From Chrysomallon squamiferum (Eukaryota > Animalia > Mollusca), in NCBI GenBank assembly GCA_012295275.1, contig CM022665.1, positions 7,564,001-7,628,000 of the forward strand: a stretch of DNA of 64,000 nt. The letters are read 5' to 3'. Each line of letters opens with the position of its first letter. Position 1 is the stretch's first letter. Positions 11,435-62,463 of the stretch are shown in pieces. Made by a program: the position numbers and the translations under genes. The notes under the pieces were generated by a model, which saw nothing but the letters and a program-made list of their open reading frames with translations, searched no databases and was not told the DNA's origin.

Positions 11435-12465
11435 CTTGCGGCCCTGTCTTGAATCGCCTGTTAGGGTTAGGCAACTAAATCAATTAACAAAACAGACTTT
11501 GCAGCTTTAATCCTAAATCGTTGATAAACCCTAAAGTCAATGGACATGCCTTTCTGCACTCACTGTGCAAACTTCATTTGAAAGTAACTCTTGTCACAAA
11601 TGCAATAACAATGCTGTAATTTATTCGTACAAAGTCAACAGGTCGATGAATAAATCTGCTCAAAGCACATAGATATTTCTCTTGCTGTTCTGAAATCCGC
11701 TAAGGTCAAGCGCCATTAGTGTCGCCATGCAGTTGCGGTGGTTTGTTTTATTGGTGGTTAGAAGATACAGCGTTGTTGACCTTCGTTAGAAATAAAGAAT
11801 CCAGTGTTCGGCAGACCTAGACGAGTTTGTTCTATCCTTATTTATGTTTATTCGGCGATCAAAGTCGCTGGAGATGAAACTAATTAATACTACGCTTGTC
11901 AATGGGCTTTATGGGTGGAGTTGCACAGAAGGTCATAAAGGATTTTTTTTTATTTATTTATTTTTTTTTAAATGAACTTCGTATCGCCACATAGCAAGAA
12001 CTTTTATTTTTTATTTTTATTTTTTTTAAAGTTTGACATTTATTTTCTTTTTAACTATGCAAGCGAACGTGTGACTAGGTGGAGATGGGATTCACAAATC
12101 GATCGGCTGGACACGTCATGTAACAGAAACGGTTTTTTGTTTTTCATTCTCTTTTTGGCTTGTCGCAGCGAAATAGAAATCTATTAATTATTATTATTAT
12201 TATTATTATTATTATTTTGTTGTTGTTGTTGTTGACGAACTCCCGCTTTGTCTTGATTTTTATTTTGTTTTCTTTTAAATGAAATATTTTTAAACTTGAA
12301 AATTAAATCTATCATCATGTTTAGTTACAACTGTACTCTCTGGATGATAGAGATTTAATAACTGTTTAATTACTGTTTACCAAAAAGTTTAAATAAAATG
12401 CTAGAAAAGCCGAAAAAACACAGCATTTGTTAAACAAAAAGTATTATCTAAGAAAATAAACATCG

Positions 12466-12510
<45 letters not shown>

Positions 12511-12889
12511 AGGTTTTCTACCAAAATTTATTATCCAGATAATTTCTTCAAATCTAAAGATTTAACCACACAACCAATACCTCCCATTTCATGCATACAG
12601 CTTTTAAAATTAAACTAATAACAAACATTATATATGCATATATTTATATATATAATCAAGGAGAATGTACATCGTTATGGAATCATCCAATTATATGTAT
12701 ATATTTATGTATGTATATGTATGTATATACAAATACCTATACACGTACGCACACATATATACATACACATATACATACTGTGTTAATAATAATATATACA
12801 TAAATATTATTTGGTCATTTAGACCATACTGATGCATATGTTCATCAACATTGTGAGGATACTTCACATTAAATACGTACTTTGATGTA

Positions 12890-13618
12890 CAGAGATACCT
12901 CGGTTCTCGAACGACTGCCTTCTCGAACAAATCAGCTGAGTATACAATTGTCTCGGTTATCCAACACATTAGATTCGGTTCATGAACCGAAGGCAGCTGA
13001 GGAAATGTCTTCAGACGAGAAGGAGGGAAGGGAGGATATTCCTAGTTCACTAATCAAAGAAATAAGTGGAGAAATTATTCTTAAAAAAAAAAAAATATTA
13101 CCCCGACAAATCTGTAGCAAACCGCAGCGTAAACCTTTTCAATGAGAGTTACATATTTTACATTTTAAAACGCAGACAGAAACAAACCTCATTAGATGGA
13201 TTTTCAGTGAGTCTCAAGCAGGTTGTAGTGGTGTAAAAGGGCAGAACTCTCCCAGAAGGAGAGTAATCTGACGCTTTTATGCAAGGTGACTCCGCTGCCA
13301 AACAATAACATCCCTCTTCCTCATCAGTTAAAATGCAGCTAAATTTTTCATTTATTTCGTCTATTTGTTCTGTTTATAGATTTTGATTTTGATTTTATGC
13401 ATGTAAGTATTATTATGCAGGCTCAAATAAGCAATATTTTAACTTAAAATGCCTTACAATGCATCATTTCTTTTGGGGTGGGGGACAGTCAGGAACGGAG
13501 TATTCCAGCTTAAACTATACCATATGGAAAAAACAACAAAACTGATTCGGTTTTCGAACAAATCGGTTTTCGGACAGCTTTCTCGAACGGATTAAGTTCG
13601 AGAACCGAGGTAGGACTG
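12890..13618 (+). mobile_element. Internally deleted Tigger/pogo-like DNA transposon (non-autonomous)
   Basis: The left end TA|CAGAGATACCTCGGTTCTCGAAC and right end GTTCGAGAACCGAGGTAGGACTG|TA are inverted repeats (20/23 identical) flanked by TA. Sub-terminal TTCTCGAAC/TTTCGAAC repeats are present. Internal remnants EEMSSDEKEGREDIPSSLIKEI and ILKRRQKQTSLDGF resemble Tigger transposase C-termini. Confidence 0.85.
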
Positions 13619-14478
13619 TAAAACAAATTAAAAACATAATTTTTTACACTTGGTCCTATCCTAGTTTTTCTTTCATTTAAATGAAATCAAAATATTAACA
13701 GCATGATGAAGCTGTCGTATGAAAATACAACTTCGTCAGGCTCAGTCTCTTGCACAACGGTCAAACTGTCCAGTCAGAAAAAGGGGCTGATGGTACACAC
13801 ACAATTTAATAATACTGACAAAAGCTTAATTTTATATTGCTTATTATTTTCCTCGACTGGGATTCGTTATTTGAAACAATAAACCAAATTCTAAATCAGA
13901 TAAAAGGTAGATGTTCAGTTTTGATAGTATCTTCCATTTCTTTCGAGTTTCTCGTTTTGTTTTGTTTTTATTTTATCGTTATTTTTAATTTTTTTTTAAT
14001 AATTTGCACTAATTATTAAGACAAATTATATGGCCTTACTAAGACAAAAACAATGATTCTGTGTATAATTAAAGTATCATTAAGGCCAAATAAAACACTG
14101 TTCATTCGAATATTAAATATGATTCTCTTGTTTTGTTCCTTGTTTAATAACTCCTAAACATTTCTAAACACGGTATACATATTGAAAATCTCACTGTAAT
14201 TTTTTGCTTTCATATACAAAATATTCAACGAGGTTATTTTAATGATGGAATGCTCGGTTACAAAAACACAATGTTTGTTTATGATATGTACAAATGATTA
14301 AGAAAGACAGAGCTGAAAAAAAAAAAAAAAAAAAATAATAATAATAATAATAATAATAACAATAATAATAATATAAAAAAAAAAAGATTCCCCATAAAAC
14401 TTCCTTTTTTTTCTTCTTTTTTTTAAATAACTGATATTAAATGATAAGATTCCATTTCTGAGAAAATTGTTAAATTGC

Positions 14479-14509
<31 letters not shown>

Positions 14510-15996
14510 ATATTGTCATTTTAATATAAAATTCGTCTATTACTCAAATATTATTTTAATTTCAAAGAAAAGTTCTTCTAATATTTAATTAGAAAACTTT
14601 TAATTCTTGTTTTTGCTATTTGTGTTGTATATCATACTCGAATCTTCATTTCATTAACCCAACAGTGTAGTGAAATGAAATTTCATTTAAAGCATATGTG
14701 AAATGCATGAAGAAATTCCTAGAAAATAATTTATCAGCAAATTTATTATTTAAAAAATAAAAGGTGATTATTATATTATTTTAAAATATTGATGAATATT
14801 ACAGGTATTAAATATTTCATTAACAACATCTACAATGGTTAAATGATATTTCCGATAAAATCATGATATTCAAAGTTAAATCATTTTTAAACGTTAATTT
14901 TTTAATTTTTTTATTTTTTTATTTTTTGTTGTTGTTTCTTTTTTGTTAACCCGAATGACATTATCAATTTATCATACTAATTATCTAATTTTCATGTTGT
15001 GTATTTGCTTTGCAAAATAATCTAAAAGTGGAAACTGAAATCATCCGAGTGCAAAAGTAGGTATAGATACGTTAATGAAAATACACACACTACATTAGTA
15101 ACAAAATAACACAAATGCACAAACCATTATGCATACGTGTGCAAATACACATACTGAAATCTTAGACTCCCTTATTAAATGAAATGGGTAGACAGTGAAT
15201 AATCGTTTGAAATTAGAAAATATTTAAATGTGGGTCTTGTATACTACAAAATATATATTATAAGTGATAACAATATGTATAATGTATGTGGCTGATATTT
15301 GTTACAACACAACGATATCATCAGTTTGTAGCTTCTCACACAGATATTGACCAGTTTTGCAATTACCAATTCTGCTATTATCAATGACATCAAATTTAAT
15401 TTTGTGTCTGTGCATCACAGTAGTCAAAATCGTGCTTCAAATCGTCCAGGTTTTGACATTTTCCGCAGTTATTTTAAAAAACAAAGATATACACCACTAT
15501 GCCACCCTCCCTTGAACAGAATGCATCTTGAAAACCTTTTAGCAACACAAGATACTGAAAACTTATCCAGCATTCTCGTCACCTTATAAAAGTAGAAGTG
15601 TTTTTTTTTTTCGTATCCTTGCTACAAATCTTTCAATATTACCTTCTCCCTTTCTTCAGGGGTTACCGTCGCCTGACGTTGATACACACAATTTCTGTAT
15701 TACGTCCGTCTGTTCACTGTTGTATGTCGTATCTATGAAGGCATTTCTTAGCCAAGAGGAATGCAATCTGAACCCATGCCTAAGAAACTTTTAAGTCTGA
15801 ACCCAGAGTGTCAAATATTTGAGTTAAAGTTCTACAAGCCGTATCAGCTCTGAGCATGACGTTAAAAGTTTAATAAGCATGGGTTTTGCTGAATCCGGCA
15901 TATTTTCTCGTCACCGCATAAGGCACTTATAAACTTGGCCATTTACACAGCAAACATCCACTCCCGTGTCAAGCGGAGATCTTTTCTCACAGATTT

Positions 15997-52344
<36,348 letters not shown>

Positions 52345-53458
52345 CTGCAAAAAAATCAAATTAAACACTGTAGACAACAACAACAAACACAGAAATGATG
52401 ACGACTATGGATAATAATTATAATACAAGATCAGGATCCTTTATCCGAAATGCTCGTGACAGGAAGTGCTTCGAATTTTGGGAGAATTGGGTTGTTTTTG
52501 GGGGTTTGGGGAATATAAGGAGACTTAATACATTTGATTTCATTTACAGCTTATACAAATATTTTTACGAAAATGTTTCGTATTTCGGAATTTCAGATAA
52601 GGGATCCTCAACTAGTGTCAGTAAGAAGAAAAGAATCTTTGTAACGATAACTACACCATCTTCATCAATAACAGCAACATAAATGAATATATGTAAAAGG
52701 AGGATGAAAACGACGATGGCAACAGACCACAGTAATGACAACAGCAATCATCATCGGTGATAATAAGTCAATGTATGTTAGACAGTGACAGTACAAAATA
52801 CATCAGACATACCAGTCGGAAAAGAAAATGGTTATGAAAAATATTACAAGCATTAATAATACTAGTTTTTCAGTTTTTCTCTTGATAGCTATCAAGCATT
52901 AATTTCAAAGAAGAAATCTAATAATGATTTCTTTTTGAGACTGAAAAAGAAAAATATATATTTTTTTTCTCTCTAAAAGACAATTATTTCGAACAGACTG
53001 AAAATAAAATAATTCTATAACGAAAGTCTTTTTATATATATTTTTTTTAATTTTAACTCTATTGTAGGTATATGTACGTAGGTACGTGTAAATGTGAATA
53101 AGTAGGTGTGTGTGTGTATATGTATATATCTGTGTGAGTATGAAGGAATGTATGTATATGCATGTGCATATATGTGTCTATGTTTATCTATTTCTGTGTC
53201 TATCTATCTGTCTCTTTCTACAGCTACCCTTGTGTTTTCCTTCTATTGTATGTGTTTTACTTTGTACAAAGATATCATTAAACATGTATTATCTTTAGAT
53301 TAGTTTAAATTCATTACAACTCATTCACGGTGAATTATTCAATATGAAGAAAAATTGTTTCTGCTTCAAACAGAATCGATATTTTTTTCTTCGAGAAAGA
53401 TCTCATGTTTTATTTTCTGATTTTCTGAAGCAGTTTAACGAATAGTGTACACATATTA

Positions 53459-53498
<40 letters not shown>

Positions 53499-53579
53499 CA
53501 TATATACATTTGTATGAAAAAAATCTTACCACGAAACCATCTTTTGCTAATAATATAATAATCACCATTGCAAAATTAG

Positions 53580-53641
53580 AATTATTATTTTGATCATTAT
53601 TCTTGTTGTTCTTGTTAGTATTACTGTTATTATTATCATCA

Positions 53642-53690
<49 letters not shown>

Positions 53691-53716
53691 TGTTCTTGTT
53701 ATTTTTGTTATTGTTG

Positions 53717-53778
<62 letters not shown>
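53580..53778. repeat. (ATT)n/(GTT)n microsatellite
   Basis: Directly visible. Confidence 0.9.
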
Positions 53779-55547
53779 ACGTCACGTTGGCATCAACACA
53801 CACCTGTGTATCTGTGCACTGAATGATCTGTTCATCACTATGATTACAAACACAGTTCTCTTTGGTTCCTGTTTATTATAAAACAAACCACGCCACAAAA
53901 CCCGTCTCTATGTAGAAATAACGACGATATTTCCCATGCCAGGTTTATATCTATATCCACGATCAAACAAAACTACCTGCAAAATGCAGAATCACCGCGG
54001 ACATTGTGTTATGATAAAACATTTGGCATTAGGAAACGAAAGTAAGTCATGCCATCTGAATGCTATCTGGAGATCGTAAAAACATTCTGAACGTATCAGA
54101 ACATTCTATCATTGCTGTTTTTGCCTCATCAAGGAATTCCGCGTGTTGTGAACGGTCTTCTGTAGAGTAAAAAAAAACCTCTGTGAGCAATATATAACAA
54201 AATATGCGATACTCTAGCGACGTCTTTTGGGATTCTCGGATGACAAAATTAAGTGAAATTGAGCATGTTAAGAGTTGTAAACGGTAATGAACTAAAATTA
54301 CAGAATATATTAGTTATATAAACGTTTGGTTACATAAACTCTTTAAGCAGACTTATCAAGACAGACCCAGATATTCGAAAGACTGCGTCATGAAGCAAAA
54401 TCTGTAATGTCGACTTGTTAAGATCGATAATTACTGGAAAAGTTTCAAGGGACAAAATTGTTGCACAAAATGAAATTATTGTCACTGATAACTTCTTTGT
54501 GAACGAGGCACAATTATATAGTATCCTTTGTAAAAAAAAAAAAAAAAAAATAAATAAATAAAAACAAACACACACACACATATTGTTTCAATCAAAACAT
54601 TTTATATATAACAAAAATTCAAGCATTATTATATAGATGTAATCACTGCGAAATTTGGGTTCTTGTTACACTATTATGGTTCGGCTGATTGATTATAACA
54701 CTATTTTGTTCTTCTTTGAAGAGCACTTGTTCTAATAATCTTAAACGACCTGCATAATCTAGTACATTATGCAGTAAAACATTCAGAAACAAATTATTTC
54801 TCTTCATATCTGGCAAACAACATTCAAAAGTTGCATCAGTGAGTTCTGTGGTGTTTCTAAATCCACAGATAAATGACAGACAGCCATTACTATTATTATT
54901 TTTGCTCCAGAGATGATATCTAGATACGTTTAATAGAAATAAATTTTAATTACTGATCGATCGTTTAACGAAAGCAACCGATTAAACAACTCTTTTAGAG
55001 CTACGAAATTAATGAAGTGAAATATTTCGGTAACATACATTAGACGTAAAACATACCAGAACTGAGCTGAATTAGGTTTGAGACAGGGCAGTTAGAACAA
55101 CGAAGAGCACACGAATCCTCAGAGACGCCGTTAACTGTAGAGAAATTGTCACATTTAGGTTACAGTGAAAATCTCAGGACGACGAAATTAATAAAGTGGA
55201 ATGCTCGCTGGTATAATATTGAGGTCTGAATATGAATGATTACGCTGATAAAACCTTACGTTTCGTCTACTCCTGTTGTTTATGTCGCTGCCGATAAAGT
55301 TGATTTTATTCCTCTTATTGCTTTCGGTTTTATCTGTTGTTGGAGGCATCTTATGTCAATTTTCGTTATTAAATGTAACTGTTTAATTTGATAAAATAAG
55401 CGTGTATGAATTTTAATGAAGTTTAAACCAGTAATTACTTGGACCGATTAAGAGACTCGGAGTACGTAAAGGACACTGGAAGTTTTGGAGATAACATTAA
55501 CGCAACTCCTTGTAACAAAGTAATGAATACATGTGAGAATGACTGAG

Positions 55548-55581
<34 letters not shown>

Positions 55582-56340
55582 GAAACGTCGAAACAAGCAA
55601 ACACCAGTAGTTATTATATTTCAAACTCAGTAATTACGAGAGGAAATATTCCTACTCCACAAGCTTCTCACTGATTAGAAGCTAAGGCTTTTTATACGTA
55701 TTTACCGACAGAATACAAATAGGAACCAGTCATGGAGTAATGTGTGGAACGGGCTATAAAATAGCCCCGAAAAGCTCATAAGAGAATTCATCCATAGGCC
55801 AATCAGCTCTGTAACATCTGAACTACAGTTGTTCCGTAACGAAAGAAAGAAGTAAAAAGTGTTTTGAAAAAACATAATGAACGAAGGTTGATCAGTCATA
55901 TGCAATATTCCAGAAGACGTTACAACGTAAAATGAGATACGCAGCAGTTATTTATTTACAGCAGTTACGTGTATACGAGTGACGCCATCGTGGCGTTACA
56001 GTTATTTCTGCTATTTGATGACCTGTAACTAACATCCGTCATTACAGCGGCTCCTGCTGTTTTACAGAATTCCAACAACATTCCTCAATTATTAATACAC
56101 CAACAAAACGAGACAACATACGCATGAAGAAAATGAACGAGGTGCAGTGTAAATGTATTTAATGGGTTTCGACAAGGCTGTTCATGTTAGATTACGTTTA
56201 GATTTTAATGAAATAGCAGAAAAAACATGCAGTGCTTGGGTTCTGCCATTTCCATGTTTTAATTATCAATGTCATAATCGCATGCAGCCTATGAACTGGT
56301 GCCTACTCGTAACTGCCGAGCAATATATATATATATATGT

Positions 56341-56455
<115 letters not shown>

Positions 56456-57280
56456 TTGTTGTTCTTGTTATTATCACTTCTTTATATCTTCGTTTGTTTA
56501 TTATTATTCATTTACTTTTTTCGTTTTCTTTTTTGCTTGTTGTTTTGTTTGTCTGTTTGTTGTTGTTGTTCTGTTTTGTTTTTGTTGTTTTTTTAGATTA
56601 TAAAAGACTCCTTCTTTAACTTCTTTATGCATTATTTTCATTCTTTGACACTGTTCGTTATTTTGTTAGCAATTCGTTACAATTGAATTTGTTTTCACAC
56701 ATCAGAATAATACTTTTATAAAAGGAAAGTACTTTTATTTTCATCAGGTGTTACTTATTTATTTACTGTCTGTGCCGTAGACAAATATAGCACAACTACC
56801 TAATTACTTATAACCACCACACATCCACGTAGATGACTCGTAAAATTATTATATTAAAGAAAATGATTAACGCTTCCAAGGTAACGGGTCAATAGTTATC
56901 TGTGGTAATTTTGGTCCAATCAAATTTCTTCATTTTTCATGGTAGGCTGCCCTTTTTTTTTTTTGCAGGTCAAGAATGAAGATTTTCGTGATTTGATCAG
57001 TTTCAAGATATTAGCACTTCTTAAAGTGGTCCAGTCTTGATGATTTATTACTTTATCATTTGAGTTCGACATTTCATTAAAAAGGAGAAATGTTTACGTG
57101 TAAATGAGAGGGATAAATATATTTTTATGTGTCTAGCATACGGTTAAAATGTGCAAAAATATTGTAAGCAGCAGTACAAATTAATACGAAATAAAGTAAT
57201 ATATTATCCAACTGAATGAAAGACAAAAAAAAAAAAAAAATGAAAGAACTGAATGAATCATGGAATGAACGAAATTAATA

Positions 57281-57313
<33 letters not shown>

Positions 57314-57779
57314 ACCTGTATATTTGACGAATATTTATATTTATATTACTTCATAATGAAATTTATTTTCTGTTACTATAACCCCACCAGCATAAAAAAA
57401 AATAAAAAAAAAAATAAAAATGGACTCATCCATTACTGAATGCCTGGCTCTACCCAAAAAAGGTATATTAATTTACCTTTGTTAAAGGTATTCTGCTAAA
57501 TCTTCTTCTCGAACTGAACAAATGAACGTGAGCCAGTTAAAAGTTTAGAAAAGGAAATTTATTTTATTTATTTCTGGATTGGAATCCTTACAGCGATCCG
57601 ATCCCATTTTATTGTAGTCGATAGCATAACGACGTTGTCGCCTCGGTCACATCAAAGAATGGTATCGATACTTAACCACTATTTTCTTACTTAATGACAT
57701 ACACATCGCATCATTGGCTGGCGAGACACAAATAAGTGGATTTCCTCTCTAACAATATAGATCAAAGTTTCACTTGTAC

Positions 57780-57923
57780 GATGTAATTATATTGTTTAGT
57801 TCTCGGATATCAAAATATTTCAGTCCTTTTCTGATAATGCAGAGAATACGTCATTTACACAATATAACTACGTCATACTTTATTGCTTCTTTAATAACAC
57901 ATACCAAAGTTTCATGAATGCGA

Positions 57924-57967
<44 letters not shown>

Positions 57968-58615
57968 TATATAGTTTTGTTCTGATATCAAGAAATATTT
58001 TGGTTTCATGTTAATAATATAAACCAAGAATTAATGTATGTATAAGAATTTTTTTTTTTTTTGTTTCGTTCTAGCCCCTTAGTGTAGAGTTTTATATGAA
58101 GAGTATAACTGTATTATTTTAAAGTTTTCTGATTTAAGAAACATTTTGGTTCCTTTCTGATGTCATAGTCCAAAGTTTTACACATACAGTATAACTATAC
58201 TATTCCTTATACTGTTTTCTGATATCAAGAAATATTTGTTGTTCCTTTTTTACAATATAACCAATATTTCATCATTTATAATTTTATTGTACAGTTTCCT
58301 CAAAACTTTATTAAAATATAGATATTTCAGTTCCTTTCTAATAACATAAACAGAAATTTCAACATAATTATATTGTAAAGTTTTCTCATATTTATTTCCC
58401 CTTTAACAACGTAGATTGAAGTGACCCGTGTACAGTACAACTATTTATTACTGTTTATCAGTATAACTGTAGAATTATCCCATACTAAGAAATAGTTTAA
58501 TTCTTTTTTTATGCAGTTATAATTATATTATTGTATAGTTTTCTGATATTTTATGTAATTAAATTATAATATAATTATGTAACATAATTCTCTGATCTCA
58601 AGAACATTTGTTGTA
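57780..58615. repeat. Degenerate AT-rich minisatellite (roughly 80-95 bp period)
   Basis: The motif ttctgatatcaagaaatattt..ttcctttctgataa recurs in variant form at about 57801, 57980, 58127, 58217, 58321 and 58591. Confidence 0.65.
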
Positions 58616-59393
58616 GAAAAAATATCTTTTAAAATGATTTACGCATCTAACAAAAACAATTTTTTATTCGCAAATAAGCATTATATCTTAAATCAGTCAT
58701 TTTAATTTCATTATGTATTCTCATTTGGATAACAAAATCAACAATTGAAATTAAATATCAGAAACACAATAATCGTTTATGAAAATCGGCTGAAAATAAC
58801 TATTTGTATTTATGGTCAATTACGTTATATTCTTCTGTCCTTCTGATCAACATGGAAATAACGAGCTGAAAGAAAGAAATAATTACTCCTATTGATTCGT
58901 CCTCAACTATCGGTTGCATCAGATCTTTAGATTTTCTTTACAAAAGAAGTCATTCATTTAAAAACCTCTCGTAATTTACCTTAATTTGCTGGGAGCACAG
59001 TTTTACAACCTTTTTACATCATAACATTCCGCTGCATCAACCGTTAAGAAGATAAAAGGGGCAACGGGACTAAGTCCTAAGATTTATGGTGTTAGAAGCA
59101 AATACTAACTGAAAACAACATAGAAAAGAATCGAAACTCACTTAATCAGCTCCCGACAACCGGGCAGGTGACGGGGTCAAATCTTGGCAGGGCGGACTGA
59201 CGATTTATTGTCGATATGTTTGATAACTATAAATGGAATTATCAGAAGCCAGCGTGCTATCGATCTCTTAAACGACGACTATGCTGACAGTGTTGCGGCA
59301 AATGTGGCGTCCATGATATTTTAGTTTTGAGAATGAGAACGTTACATATCTGATTAACGATATATACCATGCATTCGTTATTTGATTTTAAAA

Positions 59394-59436
<43 letters not shown>

Positions 59437-61528
59437 GTGGTAGAGTAGTAGGTGTAGTGGTAATTGTAGTAATAATAATAATAATAAAGCAATAACTATA
59501 GTGATTACAGTAGCAGTAGGAAGAAGATTAGTAGTAATAAAATAGTAACACAGTAGTGGCGACAGTAGTAATTAATAGTCGTGATAGTAATGGTAGTATT
59601 ACTAATAGTAACAGTTGTTGTTGTTGTTGTATTATTGTGGTGGTGGTGACGGTGGTGAATGTTTGTAGTGGCAGTGACAGTAAAAAATAATAGCTGGAGA
59701 AGTAATATTAGTAAAAAACTGTCAAGGTTTGATGTATAAATCTGACACAGAATCAAGAACTCTTTCGATGTGAAGAAACCCACATCACCAGTCAAAGTCT
59801 TTGTTTTTACCAGTTTTGACGTTTTAGACAAGCACCGGACCTGTCCACCTACACGCCATTAACGCAGTTTCTAAGCTAAGATGTCATTACGAGACTGATG
59901 ACTATGATAACAGGTAACCAAAGATAGCAAAGGTTCATCCTTAAAACACCAAAAAGGTCTCAGAACACAGTTCTTTTCTAGAAACCGTAGCAATAAGGGA
60001 CTCAGTGTGCAAATTAGTTACGACGCACCTAGCGCCCCGTAACATAAATATAGCATTGTATATTTAATAAGTAGAAAATATGAGCTTATGTTAGTATAGT
60101 TACAGCATTTTAAAGATTAATGTTCACACCTTTACATCAAAGGTTACACTCTGCTACGTTTATTTCATTTTTTTTTTCTTCAGTTTAAAAATATAATGCA
60201 CATGTCAGAAGAATAAAAATTGCACTAATAGATATGATAATATTACTGCCTCATTGATTGCTTTTATTTTGCGCAAAGCTGCACGCTGCATCACAAGCCG
60301 CCATCATTACCAAGGGAATTATAGACAACGTACATGCATTTATTATCGTCCTTCAACTGTTGTCTTTAATTCCTCCGCACAGAACGACTTTAACCAGTTA
60401 TATATGGCAAACCAGACTGATATACGAGCGATCTAACTCCAGAAAGCCAGCTTCGGCGAAAAAATCGAAAAGGAAAAAATCGACATATCAATTAAATTTC
60501 AGTTAACACTGGATCTGAAAAGAAAAAGAAGGAAAAGGAAGAAATTAAGGACTCTCCGTTTATCTGTTTTAATAAACGTCGTCCCGGGATTTCTTGAAAT
60601 TGTTAGCAAAGAAAATAGAACAAGAAGACCAAGAAGGAGCAGAAAAAAATGTCAAGGAAAACACTAAGTGGTCAGCCATCTTTGAATAAAAATTTTTTTT
60701 TTTTATTCAGACTCAATTTCTTTCTATTTTTGGACAGTTATAAATCATGAAGTATTTGTTTTGAGTGTATAAACAAAGAGTTCTTCGGGCTTTTTAAACC
60801 AGAACCAGATATACAAATATACATCTATGCTCTCATACACACAGACTGATGTACTACACATACGTACTCATTACATACGCACACACACATAGATACACAC
60901 ACACAACACACACACACACACACACATAGATACACGCACATACAACATACACAATCACACAGATACACATAAAGTCAAACACGTACATAATAACCAATGC
61001 AAAAATTAAAACGTTATTCACTGGCCTTTTCTATTTTAAATCTAAAATAATTTTAGCACTTATATTTGATTATTTTTCACATCTTCGATATAACCTTATA
61101 AAAAAATAAAACATTCTTTCAAAGAAAAATTTCCACCCTACAAAATGACAGTCAGAATCCCATCCACAGCTAAACAACGACAAACACTGATTTTGTTGTC
61201 ATCACTTCTACTTGCATCCTACAGAAAGAGACAGTTTGCGTGTTACGTTCAAATCTTGCTGTTTTTGAGGTATAGTCAGCAAAAACTCTCGTGAACTGAA
61301 AATGTAAACAGCTATCTATCCGACTATCACACCTCCTGCTGACAACGAGCGATCTGTGAATTCCAGAAGCATATTTTTTTATTATTATTTTTTTTTTTTT
61401 CCCTTTTACCGTGATGATATTTGAAATGAGGCATAAAAAACGCGAGGAGATACCTTATCAGAAATGATATCGGCAGCCAACGTTGTTAATGAGAAAACAG
61501 TGAAATATGTGGCTAACAATTAAAATGA

Positions 61529-61566
<38 letters not shown>

Positions 61567-62432
61567 TGTTTTCATAAATAAGTAAAAACAACAAAAATAG
61601 ACAGCGACGTAAAAAAATCCGCTAGATCTACTTTCATGCGGATGAGAGAAGAAAAAATGTAATGAGTGATTAATATGAAGTATAACATAACATGCTGATA
61701 ACAGAACTAGATGCCGTTGAACTTGTGATGTTGTTGATGGTGGTGGTAGTAGTAGCTGGAGGCGTGGTTGAAGAATGATGGTAATATCAGTATTAGCAGC
61801 AGCAGTAATAGTAGTTATAGAAATAATAATAGTATTTATTTTGATGTAGTAGTAGTAATAAACTAGAAGAACGAGGAGGAGGTTCAGAAGTACATGCACA
61901 GCAGCAGAATATAACTGAGTTGTAGCAAATATAACATACTTTGCATTGGTGACAGTAGTAGTTGTAATATTAGCAAAAGAAAATGTAGTTATAGTAGCAG
62001 TATCAGAAACAGCTAGTATTAGTGATAGTTAAATTTCACTATTTTAAATTATATTTTTTGTATGTGACCATATTGTGATAGACAGAACCAAATTCATAAT
62101 TCTCAGAACCATTTCCTTTCAACTGTTAACTCAACAGTAATATGTAGAAGAAGCCATATCCGCATTGAGAGTCCAGGCTGCATTCGTGTATGTTCACACA
62201 ATGTATGCTTGGTGATTAGTCGCCCAAAAGCCATAGAAGTTCCAGCTTAAATACGGTTTCATGCAAACAGTTTAATGATGTGTACAATAAAAAGAAAATT
62301 GCGATTCGACTGAAAATAGAATAAAATAAAATAAATTATTTTAAAAATAAAATATTACGGTATTTAAACCAAAATGAAAAATATCGTCTTTCATTTTCGT
62401 TACAATTTGTTTATAAAATGCTTTTTTCTTTC

Positions 62433-62463
<31 letters not shown>

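Noticed and set aside
12882-13145. 87-aa ORF as a host gene
   Set aside because: It lies within the Tigger/pogo TIRs and is a disrupted transposase remnant.
52812-52853. Minus-strand MLVIFFITIFFSD followed by gtatgt as the missing signal-peptide exon
   Set aside because: The donor falls in phase 2 whereas the next exon needs phase 1, and the hydrophobicity is explained by T-rich sequence.
61453-61516. Minus-strand LATYFTVFSLTTLAADIISDK|gtatct as a signal-peptide exon
   Set aside because: There is no in-frame ATG (a stop lies immediately upstream), and the phase-0 donor is incompatible.
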